Position numbers and translations under genes: made by a program. A DNA stretch of 64,000 nucleotides from Deltaproteobacteria bacterium (GTDB taxonomy: Bacteria > Myxococcota_A > UBA796 > SXON01), in assembly GCA_014191855.1 (NCBI GenBank), contig BJHF01000021.1, forward strand, positions 3,293 through 67,292. Direction: 5' to 3'. This document shows, piece by piece, positions 26,339 through 37,027 of the stretch. Under the pieces are notes generated by a model. That model worked only from the letters and a program-made list of their open reading frames with translations, was not told the DNA's origin and made no database searches. Within the stretch, counting starts at the first letter, position 1; each line of letters begins with the position of its first letter.

Positions 26339-27301
26339 TCAAGTCTTCCGAACGGGCTTAGAACGTGGGTGAAATCGCTCAAGGACGCCGAGGTAGTCGA
26401 TCGGGTGCGGCGCGGTTGGGGGGCGATGCGCCCAGTCGTGGGCCAGCAGTCGCGCTGAACCCGTTGGGAGTGACGATAGTGCAGACCGAAGGCCTGCAAC
26501 ATCGGCATGACCCCGCGTCAGCACGTCCTCCAGCTCCCCGAGCGCGGCCTCGTCCGTGAGGCCGCTCCCGGCGAGGACGGGAGCCAGGGAGGAGGGTCGA
26601 AGCTCGCCGACGGAGACGAGGACCAGGGCGGCGGCGTACCACGTGCGGATGGGGATCACGCGGGCACCGAGGTCGGCGAACTCGGCGAAGGGTCGGCCCC
26701 GATCGAGGCGAATGAAGATTCGCTCGACGGCATCGGCGAGCGCCACCCGTCGCAACGACGCCAGCGTGGCGACGATGTCATCCCCGTAGGCGCCGCCTGC
26801 CTCCAGCACCCGCGAGAGCTCGACAGAGCCGATGCGCCCCGCGATGGCGTCGGCATACACGGAATACACGACGGCGTCGATCTCCGCGTCGTCGCCGAAC
26901 AGGCTCTCACGCACCGCGGCACCCAGCCCCACGCGACCGGCCACCAGCTCAGGCAGCTTGTAGCCAAACTGCGCCTTCACGGCCCGGAGCCGGCCCCTTC
27001 GCAGGTTGGAGAGGTTGTCCTTCAGCACCAGCGAGTCGTAGCGAACGCCGTCGATCCGCAGCTTGTCCTCCAACTTCTGCCGCATCTGCGTGGGCGAGCC
27101 GCTCACGATGCACACGCGGGGCCGCCAGCCCGGCCCCTCCCGGCCCAGCTCGCGCACGAGCGCCGTGGCCCCGGGGACCGCCTTCTTGGCCCAGGCTGGC
27201 TCAACGGCGGACCGAACGAGCCCGCGGATCGAGTCAAAATCGGTGAGCAGGTAGGTCTTGTCGAGGTCCCAGCGGTATACCCGCAGGCCGGGGTCGATCA
27301 C
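26339..27301 (-). CDS. HAD-superfamily (App1/DUF2183-like) phosphatase
   Basis: WDLDKTYLL (DxDxT), VSGSP, FGDDAEID. GTGA overlap with the upstream gene. Confidence 0.6.
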   Translation of the reverse strand: MIDPGLRVYRWDLDKTYLLTDFDSIRGLVRSAVEPAWAKKAVPGATALVRELGREGPGWRPRVCIVSGSPTQMRQKLEDKLRIDGVRYDSLVLKDNLSNLRRGRLRAVKAQFGYKLPELVAGRVGLGAAVRESLFGDDAEIDAVVYSVYADAIAGRIGSVELSRVLEAGGAYGDDIVATLASLRRVALADAVERIFIRLDRGRPFAEFADLGARVIPIRTWYAAALVLVSVGELRPSSLAPVLAGSGLTDEAALGELEDVLTRGHADVAGLRSALSSLPTGSARLLAHDWAHRPPTAPHPIDYLGVLERFHPRSKPVRKT

Positions 27302-28584
27302 GGCGCGCTCCCGATGCGGCGGAGCCCGCGGAGCGGCGCCGACACCCTGGGGGCGAGCGCGGCGGCGATGGCACCATCCTCCCCTGGTCGGCTCGCGACG
27401 CGAAAAGGCAGCGGCGAAAGCTCAGAGACCCGACTCTCCAGCACGCGCCCCGCCGGGCCCTGGAGCATGGAACCGCCGCACTCCACAGACTGCACACCCA
27501 CCAACAAGGTCGCCAGCTCCCGGATCACGCCGACCAGCGCCTCCGCCATCCGCTCCACCGTCGCGAGCCCGGCGGGTTCACCCTGTTCCAGCGCGTGCCG
27601 CAGCGCTCGACCCGACTCCCCCGGCTCCACCTTGACTCCGGCCTCGGCGAGCATGTGCGCGACGCCAACGTTGCTGAGGTACGTCCGCATCGCGCCGGCG
27701 ATCGGGAGGTAGGTGTGCGGGATCGCGTCTGGACCGACGTCGACGACGAGCCGGCCCATCTCGGTCGCGACCACCTCCCCGTCGGCGTCGATCCAACAGC
27801 CGCCGAAGCTGGTGCCGATCTGCACGCGAACCGTGCGCCGGGCACCCTGCGACGAGAGGTGGCGCCCGAGGTTGCTGAGATCGTTGAACAACGCAACGGG
27901 GCCCTCGACGAGATCGGCGGCCACGCGCTCGGCGAAGCCCTCGAACGCCGCCCCGTTGCCGACGCGCTGGCGCAGGATCGTGGAGAGCTCCAACACCTGC
28001 CCACCCACGCCGAGCGGCGCCGCGAGCCCGATGCCCAGCGAGCCGATCGGGCGACCAGCGGCCGCTTCGGTCACCAACGCCCGCGCCCGGGTAATCAGCG
28101 AGTCGATCCCTTGGGTTTCGCCCGGCCAGGTTGGCCCCCCGGCGCTGCCAACCACCGCCTCACCATCGAGCGCCACCACCTTCATGCTCGTGCCGCCGAT
28201 GTCGAGGCCGATGGCGAGCCCAGGCCCGGGCGCTTGCAGAACCGGCCGGTCCACGCTGGGAAGATCGAGGCGACGCCCGGGGATCACTGGCGCCGGCGCG
28301 ATGACGAAGGGCACGTTGTGGATGGAGCGCACCCGCCCCAGCACCGGCTCAAGGTCCGCCTCGGACACGGGCGCCACGAGCTCCACGGCCGCCGGGTTGA
28401 ACAACAGGCTCGCGTTGTGCGCCCGGGCGAGGACGGGCCAGACCGAGCGCCCCAATGCCGGCGCGAACACGACGAACTCCCGCACTGCTCCCGCCGCGCC
28501 CCACGTGGGATGCAGCCGCAAACGCCAGTCAACCGCGCGCGGATGGGCGCTGAGGTCGGCGAGCGCGTCGGCGAGGGCGCGCAC
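27298..28584 (-). CDS. ASKHA-fold (ROK/glucokinase-like) kinase with N-terminal unknown domain
   Basis: ORF 27298..28788. Start set to GTG 28584, one nt after the upstream TAG. LAIGLDIGGTSMKVV phosphate-1 motif and IGTSFGGCWIDADGEV. No ROK zinc CxCGxxGC motif was seen. Confidence 0.65.
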   Translation of the reverse strand: MRALADALADLSAHPRAVDWRLRLHPTWGAAGAVREFVVFAPALGRSVWPVLARAHNASLLFNPAAVELVAPVSEADLEPVLGRVRSIHNVPFVIAPAPVIPGRRLDLPSVDRPVLQAPGPGLAIGLDIGGTSMKVVALDGEAVVGSAGGPTWPGETQGIDSLITRARALVTEAAAGRPIGSLGIGLAAPLGVGGQVLELSTILRQRVGNGAAFEGFAERVAADLVEGPVALFNDLSNLGRHLSSQGARRTVRVQIGTSFGGCWIDADGEVVATEMGRLVVDVGPDAIPHTYLPIAGAMRTYLSNVGVAHMLAEAGVKVEPGESGRALRHALEQGEPAGLATVERMAEALVGVIRELATLLVGVQSVECGGSMLQGPAGRVLESRVSELSPLPFRVASRPGEDGAIAAALAPRVSAPLRGLRRIGSAP

Positions 28585-28585
28585 G

Positions 28586-31072
28586 CTACTTTCGATCCTC
28601 GATCCGATTGAGGCGGTCGCGCAGCTTGCGATTGTCTTCCGCCAATCCTTCGACTTCGCGACGCAACGTCGCGAGGCCCGCCTCGGTGGTGCGCCCCTCC
28701 CGGATCGTCGCCATCGCGTCGAACGCCAGGCGGCGGCATCGTGAGTCGCCAGCCGCTCGGTGGATGCGGGTGAGTACGCCGAGCGCACGCGGGTCCCGCA
28801 GCGACCCGAGCGCCCCGATCGAGGCCACCTGCACGCGATAGTTGGCGTCCTCCGCCAGCTCCGACAGGCGCTCCACCGCGCGGGTGCGCACGCTCTCCAC
28901 CTCGTCTCCCAAGCGCGCGAGCGCAGCGGCGGCGGCGGCGCGGGCCCGGGCGGGCTTCTCGACCTGCGTCCACGTCATGATCAACTCGGCCACTTCGGGA
29001 TCGCGCAGGGCGCCGAGGCCCTCCAGCGCGCGAGCGCGGAGCACCTCGCACCAGCTTGTCTCGGGCAACAGCGCCTCACACACCGCCCGGGCTTGCGGGG
29101 CTCGCAAGCGCCCCAACACCCGAGCACGCTCGCCGCGAACGTGGATCGAGGGATCGGGGCGCAAGGCCACGAGCGCGTCCACGACCTCGTCGCGACGGAA
29201 GCCCCCCAGTGCGGCCGTTACCCGACGGCGAACCCGGGGATCCGCGTCACCGAGGGCGCCGATGAGCGCGGCGACCGCCTCCGCGGCGCCCGTCGTCGCG
29301 AGCGCCTCCGCGATCTCTGCGCGAACGCACCAGCTCGAATCGGCCGTGAATGCCGCTACCAACGCGCGTACCGCCGCGACCGACCCCTCGGTGGCGAGCG
29401 CCCGCGCCGCGCGGATCCGAGCCACCACGCCGCGGGCCTGGGTGAGCATCGCGGTGAGCAACGCCACCGACCCGGTGAGCGTAATGTCCGCCAAAACGGC
29501 GAAGTCAGGGTCGATCCCGACAAGGCTCGGCGCCTGGGGGCACGGGAGGACGAACGTACGTTCGCGGGCGTCCACGGTCAGCGTCTGCCGCGCGCCGTCC
29601 ATCTCCACCACCAGCGGGATCGCAAAGGCGGACGCCACCTCGTCCCCCTCCTGCGTTTGTTTCACCACGACCTTGAGCTGCGCGTCCGACCAGGACACCT
29701 CCACCTTGAGCGCCGGGTGCCCCGCGCCCAACACATACTGGGCGAAGAACCGGTCGAGATGACGACCGGATGCCTCCTCGAACGCGCGTTGCAGGTGTCG
29801 GGTGTGAACGGTTCCGTTGCCGTGGCGCGAAAGGTAGAGGCGCGCGCCCGCCCAGAACGCCTCCTCTCCGAGGGTCGAGCGCAAGGTGTGCAGCACCAAC
29901 GCGCCCTTCTCGTAGAGGTGCCGGTCGAACATGTCGATGGGGTTCTTGAAGCGATACGACACGATCGGGCGCCGGTAGCGACCGCCATCTTCAGCAAGGT
30001 AGAGCTGAAGGTTCTCCCAGAGATGATACTCACCCTCGTCGCGACCGCGGGCGTGGTGGCACCACAGCGTCTCGGTGTAGGTGGCCCAGCCCTCGTTGAG
30101 CCAGCCCTGCGACCAGTCCTGGCACGTCACCAGATCGCCCCACCACTGGTGGCCCAGCTCGTGCACGACGAGCAGGTCCAGCTCCGAGTCGAGCGCCGCC
30201 ACATCGTCGACCAGCACCGCGTCGATCAGCGTGGTCGCTGCGAGGTTCTCCATGCCTCCGAAGATGAAGTCGTAGACGACGACCTGGTCGTACCGGGGCC
30301 AGGGGTAGGGGCCGTAAACCGACGCGAGGAATTCAACCATCGCGGGGGTCTTGCCGAAGGCGCGCTGCACGACTGCCCGCGGGGTGCCAGCCGGGACCGC
30401 GTAGTTTACGGGCAAAGAACCCGCGTGATCGTGGTGGATGTCCAGCCGCGCCACCACCGCCGAGAACAGGTACGCCGGCATGCGCGCGTCGACGATCCAC
30501 TGGTCACCCTCGCGACGACCGTTGCCGATCACGTCGAAGCCCGGCGGCGCGTGAATCGTGATCCGCCAGGGGTGCTTCACCGAGGGGTGGTCGAGACAAG
30601 GGAAGATGTAATGGGCATCTTCGTCCTGGCACTGCGTCCATGCCTGTAGGTCGCGATCTGGCTCGGCCGGCGTGGCGCCGACGAAGTAGAGCCCGCGACG
30701 GGGGACACCGTGCCAGCGCACAACAACCGAGTCCGCATGCGCGATATGCAGCTTCCCATCCTCCGCGTGGAAGGGGAGCGGCACCCCCTCCGGAGACTCC
30801 ACAGCGTCGGCCACCAGCTCGTCGAAGTCGAGCACCAGGTCCCCTCCGGCGCCTGCCAACCAACGCACGTCGATGCGCGCCTCGCCCCGCAGGGTGCGCG
30901 CCACCGGATCGATCCAAAGCTGCAGGGTGTAGGCCGTGATATCCACGGAACGATCGGGGCCGTAGTTGGCTTCGACGCCCGGCTCTGCGAATGCCCGACG
31001 CTCGAGCGCCCACCCCCCAAACGCGCTCTCGAGGAGGAGGGACTTGTCGGTGAACCCACGGCTCGACATCAA
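28586..31072 (-). CDS. M1-family zinc aminopeptidase (PepN-like) with C-terminal HEAT repeats
   Basis: GGMENL exopeptidase motif. HELGHQWWGD...WLNEGWATY (HExxH-E). C-terminal repeated DPRVRRRVTAALG-type HEAT/PBS-lyase repeats. Confidence 0.88.
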   Translation of the reverse strand: MMSSRGFTDKSLLLESAFGGWALERRAFAEPGVEANYGPDRSVDITAYTLQLWIDPVARTLRGEARIDVRWLAGAGGDLVLDFDELVADAVESPEGVPLPFHAEDGKLHIAHADSVVVRWHGVPRRGLYFVGATPAEPDRDLQAWTQCQDEDAHYIFPCLDHPSVKHPWRITIHAPPGFDVIGNGRREGDQWIVDARMPAYLFSAVVARLDIHHDHAGSLPVNYAVPAGTPRAVVQRAFGKTPAMVEFLASVYGPYPWPRYDQVVVYDFIFGGMENLAATTLIDAVLVDDVAALDSELDLLVVHELGHQWWGDLVTCQDWSQGWLNEGWATYTETLWCHHARGRDEGEYHLWENLQLYLAEDGGRYRRPIVSYRFKNPIDMFDRHLYEKGALVLHTLRSTLGEEAFWAGARLYLSRHGNGTVHTRHLQRAFEEASGRHLDRFFAQYVLGAGHPALKVEVSWSDAQLKVVVKQTQEGDEVASAFAIPLVVEMDGARQTLTVDARERTFVLPCPQAPSLVGIDPDFAVLADITLTGSVALLTAMLTQARGVVARIRAARALATEGSVAAVRALVAAFTADSSWCVRAEIAEALATTGAAEAVAALIGALGDADPRVRRRVTAALGGFRRDEVVDALVALRPDPSIHVRGERARVLGRLRAPQARAVCEALLPETSWCEVLRARALEGLGALRDPEVAELIMTWTQVEKPARARAAAAAALARLGDEVESVRTRAVERLSELAEDANYRVQVASIGALGSLRDPRALGVLTRIHRAAGDSRCRRLAFDAMATIREGRTTEAGLATLRREVEGLAEDNRKLRDRLNRIEDRK

Positions 31073-31242
31073 CGGCTCCGGTCTCGCCGCCGCTAACGCG
31101 ATCCCGCGGCAGCCGGGGAACGGTGGGATTCCCCCATGGCCCCCCTGTGCGATACCCCACGATTTGGCGCGCGCCGCCCCGGCGAAGGGGGATTTTCGGC
31201 TGGCACGGCGTGTGCAAGGACGTTGGGCAAGACAAGGATCCC

Positions 31243-31563
31243 ATGGACACCGCTCAACTCCGCGAGCACCTGCTCGCCCGCCGCGCGAACCTCACCCTGC
31301 GAAACGCCAAGATCGAGGCGCGCCTGCGCCGAAACGGTGTGGGTCTGGCCGTAGATTGGCCCGAGCAGGCCCAGGAGCGCGAGAATGACGAGGTGCTTGA
31401 GGGGCTCGATGGGGCGGGGCGTGCGGAAGTTCTCGCGATCGACGCCACGTTGTCACGCATCGAGTCCGGGACGTACGGGCTCTGCGCGGGCTGTGGCGAG
31501 CCCATCCCGGAGGGGCGACTCGCGGTGCTCCCCACCGCGACGCATTGCGTCGGCTGCGACTAA
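31243..31563 (+). CDS. DksA/TraR-family C4 zinc-finger protein
   Basis: ATG 31243 within ORF 31123..31563. Coiled-coil N-terminus. CAGCGEPIPEGRLAVLPTATHCVGC. Confidence 0.8.
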   Translation: MDTAQLREHLLARRANLTLRNAKIEARLRRNGVGLAVDWPEQAQERENDEVLEGLDGAGRAEVLAIDATLSRIESGTYGLCAGCGEPIPEGRLAVLPTATHCVGCD

Positions 31564-32300
31564 GCGCCCGCGAGGCGGCTCGGATCGGGGAGGAGGATGT
31601 AGCCGCGCTGCTGATCGCCGAGGTAGGCGCAGCCCTCCACGCCGTTCTCACCGAGCCAGGCGGCTACATAGGCCACGATCAACGCCTCGATGCGCTCCTC
31701 GAGCTCGCCCAGGCGGGTGCCGTTGAGATCGGGCAGGTGCGCCGTCATCAAACCCTCCAACGGCGGCGACATCAGCAGCTTCGGCGAGCCGGTGAACAAG
31801 CGCTCGGCGATCAGCTCGCGCAGTCTGGCCACCGACTCCTTTCGGCTGCCGATCGGACCGGTCTTCATCCGGACCGGGCGATCAACGCCGAACAACAACA
31901 CTTGCCCGGACTGGGTGTGCGTCTCCACGAGGCGCTCGTTGCCGGTGGACGCCGGATCCACGTCGAAGCCCATCCGCTGCAGCCCCTTCGCCATGGTGCG
32001 CGGGTGCGACGCGGACACGGTGTTGTTGGCGTACTCGTCGATCCGGTAGCGGTTGAAGTGCTCCTGCAACAAACGATCGCATGGGCGCGGCCCCGAGAGG
32101 TTCTCCACGATCACCGGCGCGTTTACGGCGAGGATACACCCGCCGCGACCACGATTACGGGTGATCCACCGAAGCGTGTCTTCGTGGGCGCGAAGGGAGT
32201 CGGCCGAGACGACGCGAACGCCGCCTTCTACCGGTTCGAGGACCACGCCACCGGAGCTGTCCCGGGGCGTCCAACCAAGATCAAGACCGAGATACCGCAT
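31560..32300 (-). CDS. DUF429-like / RNase H-fold protein (function uncertain)
   Basis: 246-aa ORF. MRYLGLDLGWTPRDSSGG N-terminus. Its stop codon overlaps the dksA-like stop (convergent). Family assignment is from memory of the DUF429 N-terminal pattern only. Confidence 0.5.
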   Translation of the reverse strand: MRYLGLDLGWTPRDSSGGVVLEPVEGGVRVVSADSLRAHEDTLRWITRNRGRGGCILAVNAPVIVENLSGPRPCDRLLQEHFNRYRIDEYANNTVSASHPRTMAKGLQRMGFDVDPASTGNERLVETHTQSGQVLLFGVDRPVRMKTGPIGSRKESVARLRELIAERLFTGSPKLLMSPPLEGLMTAHLPDLNGTRLGELEERIEALIVAYVAAWLGENGVEGCAYLGDQQRGYILLPDPSRLAGA

Positions 32301-32318
32301 CCTGCCACCCGTCCTTTT

Positions 32319-33857
32319 TCACGAGGATTTCCAACGGCCCAGAAGCCCACGCAGCGTCTTCTGAACGCCGGTGAGCTTTGCACCCCCCACCCGACCGACT
32401 TCGACGAGCCCTTCGGCCATCGTGGTGAGCGCGGGGGTGTAGGGGTACCACCACAGCTCTTTGTTTCCGCCGGAACGATCGACGACCACGGTTCGCGGGT
32501 GCACGAGGCCGTGCAGCGCCCACCGGGATCCCGTTACACCGTAGCCGCTCTGCTTGCGCCCGCCCCAGGCCGCGCCGCCCATCGGGCCGGAAAAACAACA
32601 GTTGTTGACGTAGCTCACTCCGCATCGGACACGACGCGCGAGCGCTTCTCCGCGCTTCACGTCCTTCGTCCACACGCTCACGCAGAGGCCGTACGCAGAG
32701 TCCTCCGCGGCGGCGATCGCCTCGTCTTCCGTGTCGAACGCCGCGATGGGCAGGATTGGCCCGAAGGTCTCCTCCGTCCACAGCGCGGCATCCTTCGGCA
32801 CGCCCGTGAGCACCGTGGCCGGGTAGAAGAAACCCTCGCCGGTAGGGGCGCCGCCGCAGTGCAAGGTGGCCCCGCGCGCGACCGCATCTTCCACCTGGGC
32901 ATGCACCTTCGCCACGGCCGCGGCGTTGATGAGCGGACCCACATCGGCGCCCACCCGCAGCTCACGCGCCCGGGCCACGAGCTGCTCCACAAAAGGCTCG
33001 AAGATCTTGCGGTCTACCAGCGCGCGCTCCACGCTCGCGCAGTCCTGCCCCGCGTTGTGGAATGCGCCCCACAACACGCCTTCCACCGCCCGACCCATCC
33101 GCGCATCCGCGAGTACGATCGCGGCGTCCTTGCTGCCTAGCTCCAGCGCGCACGGCACCAGGTGCTCCGCCGCTTGCGCCGCAACCTTCCGCCCGCCCGC
33201 CACGCTGCCGGTGAACACCACCTTGTCGACGCCTGCAGCGATCAACGCCGCCCCCTGCGCGGGTCCCCCGATCACCGTGACCACCAGGTTCTCCGGCAGG
33301 ATCGACGCCATGATCTCCGCGAGCAGCGCTCCGCACCTCGCCGCGTGCTCGCTCGGCTTGAACACCACCGCGTTCCCCGCCAGGAGGGCCGGCACGATCG
33401 TGCGCATCGGCAGGTGGATCGGGTAGTTCCACGGCATGATCAGGCCGATAACGCCCAGCGCCTCCGGCACGACTTCAATCCGCTTGCCCGGGTAGTTCAC
33501 GGGGTTGAGATCGAGCGCAACCGGCTCCAGCTCGTCTTCGATCACCTCAAGCCAGTGGTCGAAGAGCTCAGCCATCGTGACCACTTCGCTGGTCCACGCC
33601 TCGCCCGAGGGCTTCCCGATCTCGGCGCTCAGCGCCGCCACAAGGTCGGGCCCGCGCGCCAACAAGGCGTTCCCGAGCAGGCGAATCACGCCCATGCGCT
33701 CGTCGAGCGGCCGCGCCGCCCATGCACGGCCAGCCGCGCGCGCGGCCCCCACCCGCCCAGGGATGGCCTCGACGGGCGTGCACTCCATCGCGCCGACGGC
33801 TTCGCCGGTGCGTGGATCCAGCAGGGTCAGGGGGTTCGCCTCGTTGCTCGCCATCAC
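32319..33857 (-). CDS. NAD(P)-dependent aldehyde dehydrogenase
   Basis: FTGSVAGGRKV, ELGSKDA, catalytic Cys in NAGQDCAS, EETFGP. ATGA overlap with the kinase stop. Confidence 0.88.
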   Translation of the reverse strand: MMASNEANPLTLLDPRTGEAVGAMECTPVEAIPGRVGAARAAGRAWAARPLDERMGVIRLLGNALLARGPDLVAALSAEIGKPSGEAWTSEVVTMAELFDHWLEVIEDELEPVALDLNPVNYPGKRIEVVPEALGVIGLIMPWNYPIHLPMRTIVPALLAGNAVVFKPSEHAARCGALLAEIMASILPENLVVTVIGGPAQGAALIAAGVDKVVFTGSVAGGRKVAAQAAEHLVPCALELGSKDAAIVLADARMGRAVEGVLWGAFHNAGQDCASVERALVDRKIFEPFVEQLVARARELRVGADVGPLINAAAVAKVHAQVEDAVARGATLHCGGAPTGEGFFYPATVLTGVPKDAALWTEETFGPILPIAAFDTEDEAIAAAEDSAYGLCVSVWTKDVKRGEALARRVRCGVSYVNNCCFSGPMGGAAWGGRKQSGYGVTGSRWALHGLVHPRTVVVDRSGGNKELWWYPYTPALTTMAEGLVEVGRVGGAKLTGVQKTLRGLLGRWKSS

Positions 33858-36800
33858 GGGCTCTTATCGCGGAGCGGCCTCCCCGGCTCCTCCATCGCCC
33901 ATCGCACCGCCGGCAATCGCAGCATGCTCTCCTGCAGGTTCCCGACCGCCGCTTCCAGCAGGCCCCGCGCGAGCGAGCGCGCTTCTGCGCGGCGAGGCGC
34001 GGCGCGCACCGCGAAGAGCACTTCAAGCTGCAACGCCGGATCTTCCGAAAGCCTCGCCTCGGCCTCCGCTGCAACCAGCACATCGGGATCGCGACCCACC
34101 AACGCCCCCAGGAGGTAAAGCATCGCGAGGTGACGATGCGCGCCGAGCTGTCCGAGACGCGACACGGCTTCCGACACCAAGCGGGCGTTGGCGGTCAACA
34201 AGCCCGCCATCCCATCGTGGTAGTAGGCCCGAATCGGATCGTCGGCTGCGCGCGCAGCGTCCAGGCCGGCGAGGTGGGCGGCGAGTGAAGCGGGAGCATC
34301 CCCCCGTTGGCGCCGGGCCTCAGCCAGCACCTCAAAGTACAGCGAGCGCACCTCATAGGGAAGGCCGGAGCCCGCGCTCCCCGCTTCCCGCTCAAGCGCC
34401 GCTTCGCTTCCAGCCAGATCCCCCGCGCCCAGGAGGATCCACGCCCGCAGCACGTTCACGTACGCCCCATGCGCCCGAACGTCGCGACGACCCTGCGCCT
34501 CCGAAGCCAGATCCACGCTCGACATCGCGCGAGAGAACTGGCCGCGAAGGCGCTGCGCCCGCGCGAGCGCCAGGTAGGCGTCTGCGAGCAGGGAGCGCCG
34601 GTCCCGCCCGCGCAGCTCCCGCACCAGGCCGAACAAGCGACGCTCCGCTTCCGCCGTTTCACCGCCGTACATCCGCACCATCGCCTGACCGATTCGGGCG
34701 CGCGTCGCGATCCGATCTGTCGGCCCCGACGCGGCTGCCACCGCCGCCGCAAGCAGCGCATCGGCCGTGGCGAGCTGGCCACGAATGGCCGCGAGCTCCC
34801 CGAGCGCGAGGAGCACCTCGGCGCGCCCATCCTCCATCCGGGAGCCGACACGCTCCACGAGTGTTTCGCTGGGCTGCGCGCCCATCGCGACCGTCAACTC
34901 CAGCTCCAACGCCTCGATTCGGCCGATCCACTCCGCCTCGGCCACCTCAGGCAACAGCGGGGCCGCGGCGGCCAACGCGTCCCGGGACTCGGACAGGCGT
35001 CCGGCCGTGCGGAGCGCCACCGCGCGGGCGATCGCTCGGCGGGCCAGGAACACCGCCGGGGTATCCGCGAGCATCTCCATCTGATCGAGCAGGTGCAAGG
35101 CGGTCATCGGACGGCCAGCGTGGGCCAGGCTCTCCCCCAGCTCCACGAGCTGCGCCAGCGCCGCAGGCGTGCGCGTGCCGAGCGCTCGATGGAACACGGC
35201 GAAGCGTTGCTCCCACTCGCCGCCGGCACGATCGCCAAGTCCATCCGCCAGCGAGAGGTGCAGGTTCCGGCGCCGATCCATCGGAATGCTGTCCCGCAGA
35301 ACGCGCTCAATTGCGGCTCGACTCACGGCGATCCACTCTTCGCCGGCTTCGTTCCACGTCGCGACGAGGCCCTGGCGCAACAGCGGGGTCAGCTCGAAGC
35401 CGGAACGATCACCGCCCAGCAGGCGCAGCAAGAGATCCAGAGGAATCGCGTCGTCCGCCACGACGAGCAGCTCCAACGCGAGGCGCGCTTCCGGGCGGAG
35501 CCGGTCGATCAATCGCTCCAAAAGCCTTCGCGACCCCTCGCCAGGGATGAGCCCCGCAGACACGTCCCAACGCCAGGCCGGCTGCCCCCCCTCCGAGAGA
35601 CCCTCGCACCACAGGGTCCCAACGGCCACCTGCTCCCGAACGAGGGTGACGGCGTGCGCGGCCAGCCCGCCGGAGGAGGCGCGCAGGGCCACTTCGAGGC
35701 CAACGGGCACGCTCGCGCTGTCGAGCATGGACTGCAGCAACGCGCGGATCTCCCCAACGGTGAGCGGTCGGAGCACCACATGCCGTGAACCAGGCGTCTC
35801 GGGCAGGTCGGCGCCGACGTGGAGCACCGTGAGCCCCGGGGCGCGGCTCACCGCCTCCAGCACCGACCGCGCTGCGGCTCCCAGCGCGTCCACGTCCTCC
35901 ACCAGCAACATGACGCCGCCCTCGGCCGCGAGATCCGCCAGCAGGCGGATGAGGTGGGAGGTGTCCTCCGCGATTGGCAACCCGAAGCGCGTGAGCTCGT
36001 GGCCGATCTGGCGAACCACGTCATCCCCGGTAAGGCGCGTGCGGCCGCGCATCCCGATCACCTCCATCCGCGCGCCCGCCGCCACCGTGCGCGCCATCCG
36101 CGCCACCGGGCCGAACCCGGAGCCCAACGGCCCGGTAATCACCAACCAACCTCCGGAGTCGACCACCGCCTCGATGGCGCCGCGGGCACCCTCACGCCCG
36201 ATGAGCTCCGGCCGATGGAGGTCGCGCCGCATGCCGGCCGTTCCGGTGAGCATCGCGAGCGCAACGGCGGCCGTGGCCGGGCGGGCCGCCGGATCCCGCG
36301 CCATCAGCCGGTCTACCAGGCCAGCGAGACGCACGGGGATCCCCGACGCCACCTCCACGAGCGGGATTGCAGCTCCGCTGCGGTGCGCGGCCAACCAGCC
36401 GGCGGCGCCGCGGGCGGCGTAGGGACGCGTGCCACACACGGCCTCATAGAGCGTCACCCCCAGGCTGTACAGGTCGCACCGGTGGTCACTATCGGCACCC
36501 GCTATCTGTTCGGGGGCCATGTACGCATAGGTGCCGAGCACATCGCCGAGAGTGGTCGTGATGGGGTCGATCGGATCCGCTGCGAGGCCAAGATCCATCA
36601 AAATGATCCGGTTGTCGCTCGCGCAGTAGATGTTCGACGCCTTCACGTCGCGATGCACGATGCCGTGATCGTGAAGGTACTGCAGCACGCGCAACACGGT
36701 GCCGGCGAGGTGCATGGCCTCGTCGCCATCGAGCGGCTGCCTGGCGATGCGCTCGTCGAGCGGGAGGCCCACGAGCAGGTCCAGAACCAGCGCCGGAGAC

Positions 36801-37027
36801 TCCCCGTCGAACGCGGCGAGGCAGCGCACGAGCCCCGGGTGATCGAGGCGCTGGAGCAGCCTCCCCTCGCGAAGAAAGCGCCGCCGCATCGAGGCCCGGT
36901 CCGTGTCGCGCAGCACTTTGAGCGCGACCTCGCGCCCCTCGTACTCGGAGCGAAACACATCTGCGATGCCGCCCTCCCCGATGCGCTCGATGAGGGGGCA
37001 GCCGTGTAGCTCGCTGATCAGCGCCAC
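33854..37027 (-). CDS. Ser/Thr protein kinase fused to STAND/AAA_16-type NTPase and TPR-like superhelical domain
   Basis: Kinase motifs GEGGIADVF, ALKVL, HRDVKASNI, DLGLA, YMAPEQ. The central NTPase has a degenerate P-loop GPLGSGFG but an intact Walker B MLLVEDVDAL. About 600 aa of helical repeats follow. Confidence 0.88.
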   Translation of the reverse strand: MALISELHGCPLIERIGEGGIADVFRSEYEGREVALKVLRDTDRASMRRRFLREGRLLQRLDHPGLVRCLAAFDGESPALVLDLLVGLPLDERIARQPLDGDEAMHLAGTVLRVLQYLHDHGIVHRDVKASNIYCASDNRIILMDLGLAADPIDPITTTLGDVLGTYAYMAPEQIAGADSDHRCDLYSLGVTLYEAVCGTRPYAARGAAGWLAAHRSGAAIPLVEVASGIPVRLAGLVDRLMARDPAARPATAAVALAMLTGTAGMRRDLHRPELIGREGARGAIEAVVDSGGWLVITGPLGSGFGPVARMARTVAAGARMEVIGMRGRTRLTGDDVVRQIGHELTRFGLPIAEDTSHLIRLLADLAAEGGVMLLVEDVDALGAAARSVLEAVSRAPGLTVLHVGADLPETPGSRHVVLRPLTVGEIRALLQSMLDSASVPVGLEVALRASSGGLAAHAVTLVREQVAVGTLWCEGLSEGGQPAWRWDVSAGLIPGEGSRRLLERLIDRLRPEARLALELLVVADDAIPLDLLLRLLGGDRSGFELTPLLRQGLVATWNEAGEEWIAVSRAAIERVLRDSIPMDRRRNLHLSLADGLGDRAGGEWEQRFAVFHRALGTRTPAALAQLVELGESLAHAGRPMTALHLLDQMEMLADTPAVFLARRAIARAVALRTAGRLSESRDALAAAAPLLPEVAEAEWIGRIEALELELTVAMGAQPSETLVERVGSRMEDGRAEVLLALGELAAIRGQLATADALLAAAVAAASGPTDRIATRARIGQAMVRMYGGETAEAERRLFGLVRELRGRDRRSLLADAYLALARAQRLRGQFSRAMSSVDLASEAQGRRDVRAHGAYVNVLRAWILLGAGDLAGSEAALEREAGSAGSGLPYEVRSLYFEVLAEARRQRGDAPASLAAHLAGLDAARAADDPIRAYYHDGMAGLLTANARLVSEAVSRLGQLGAHRHLAMLYLLGALVGRDPDVLVAAEAEARLSEDPALQLEVLFAVRAAPRRAEARSLARGLLEAAVGNLQESMLRLPAVRWAMEEPGRPLRDKSP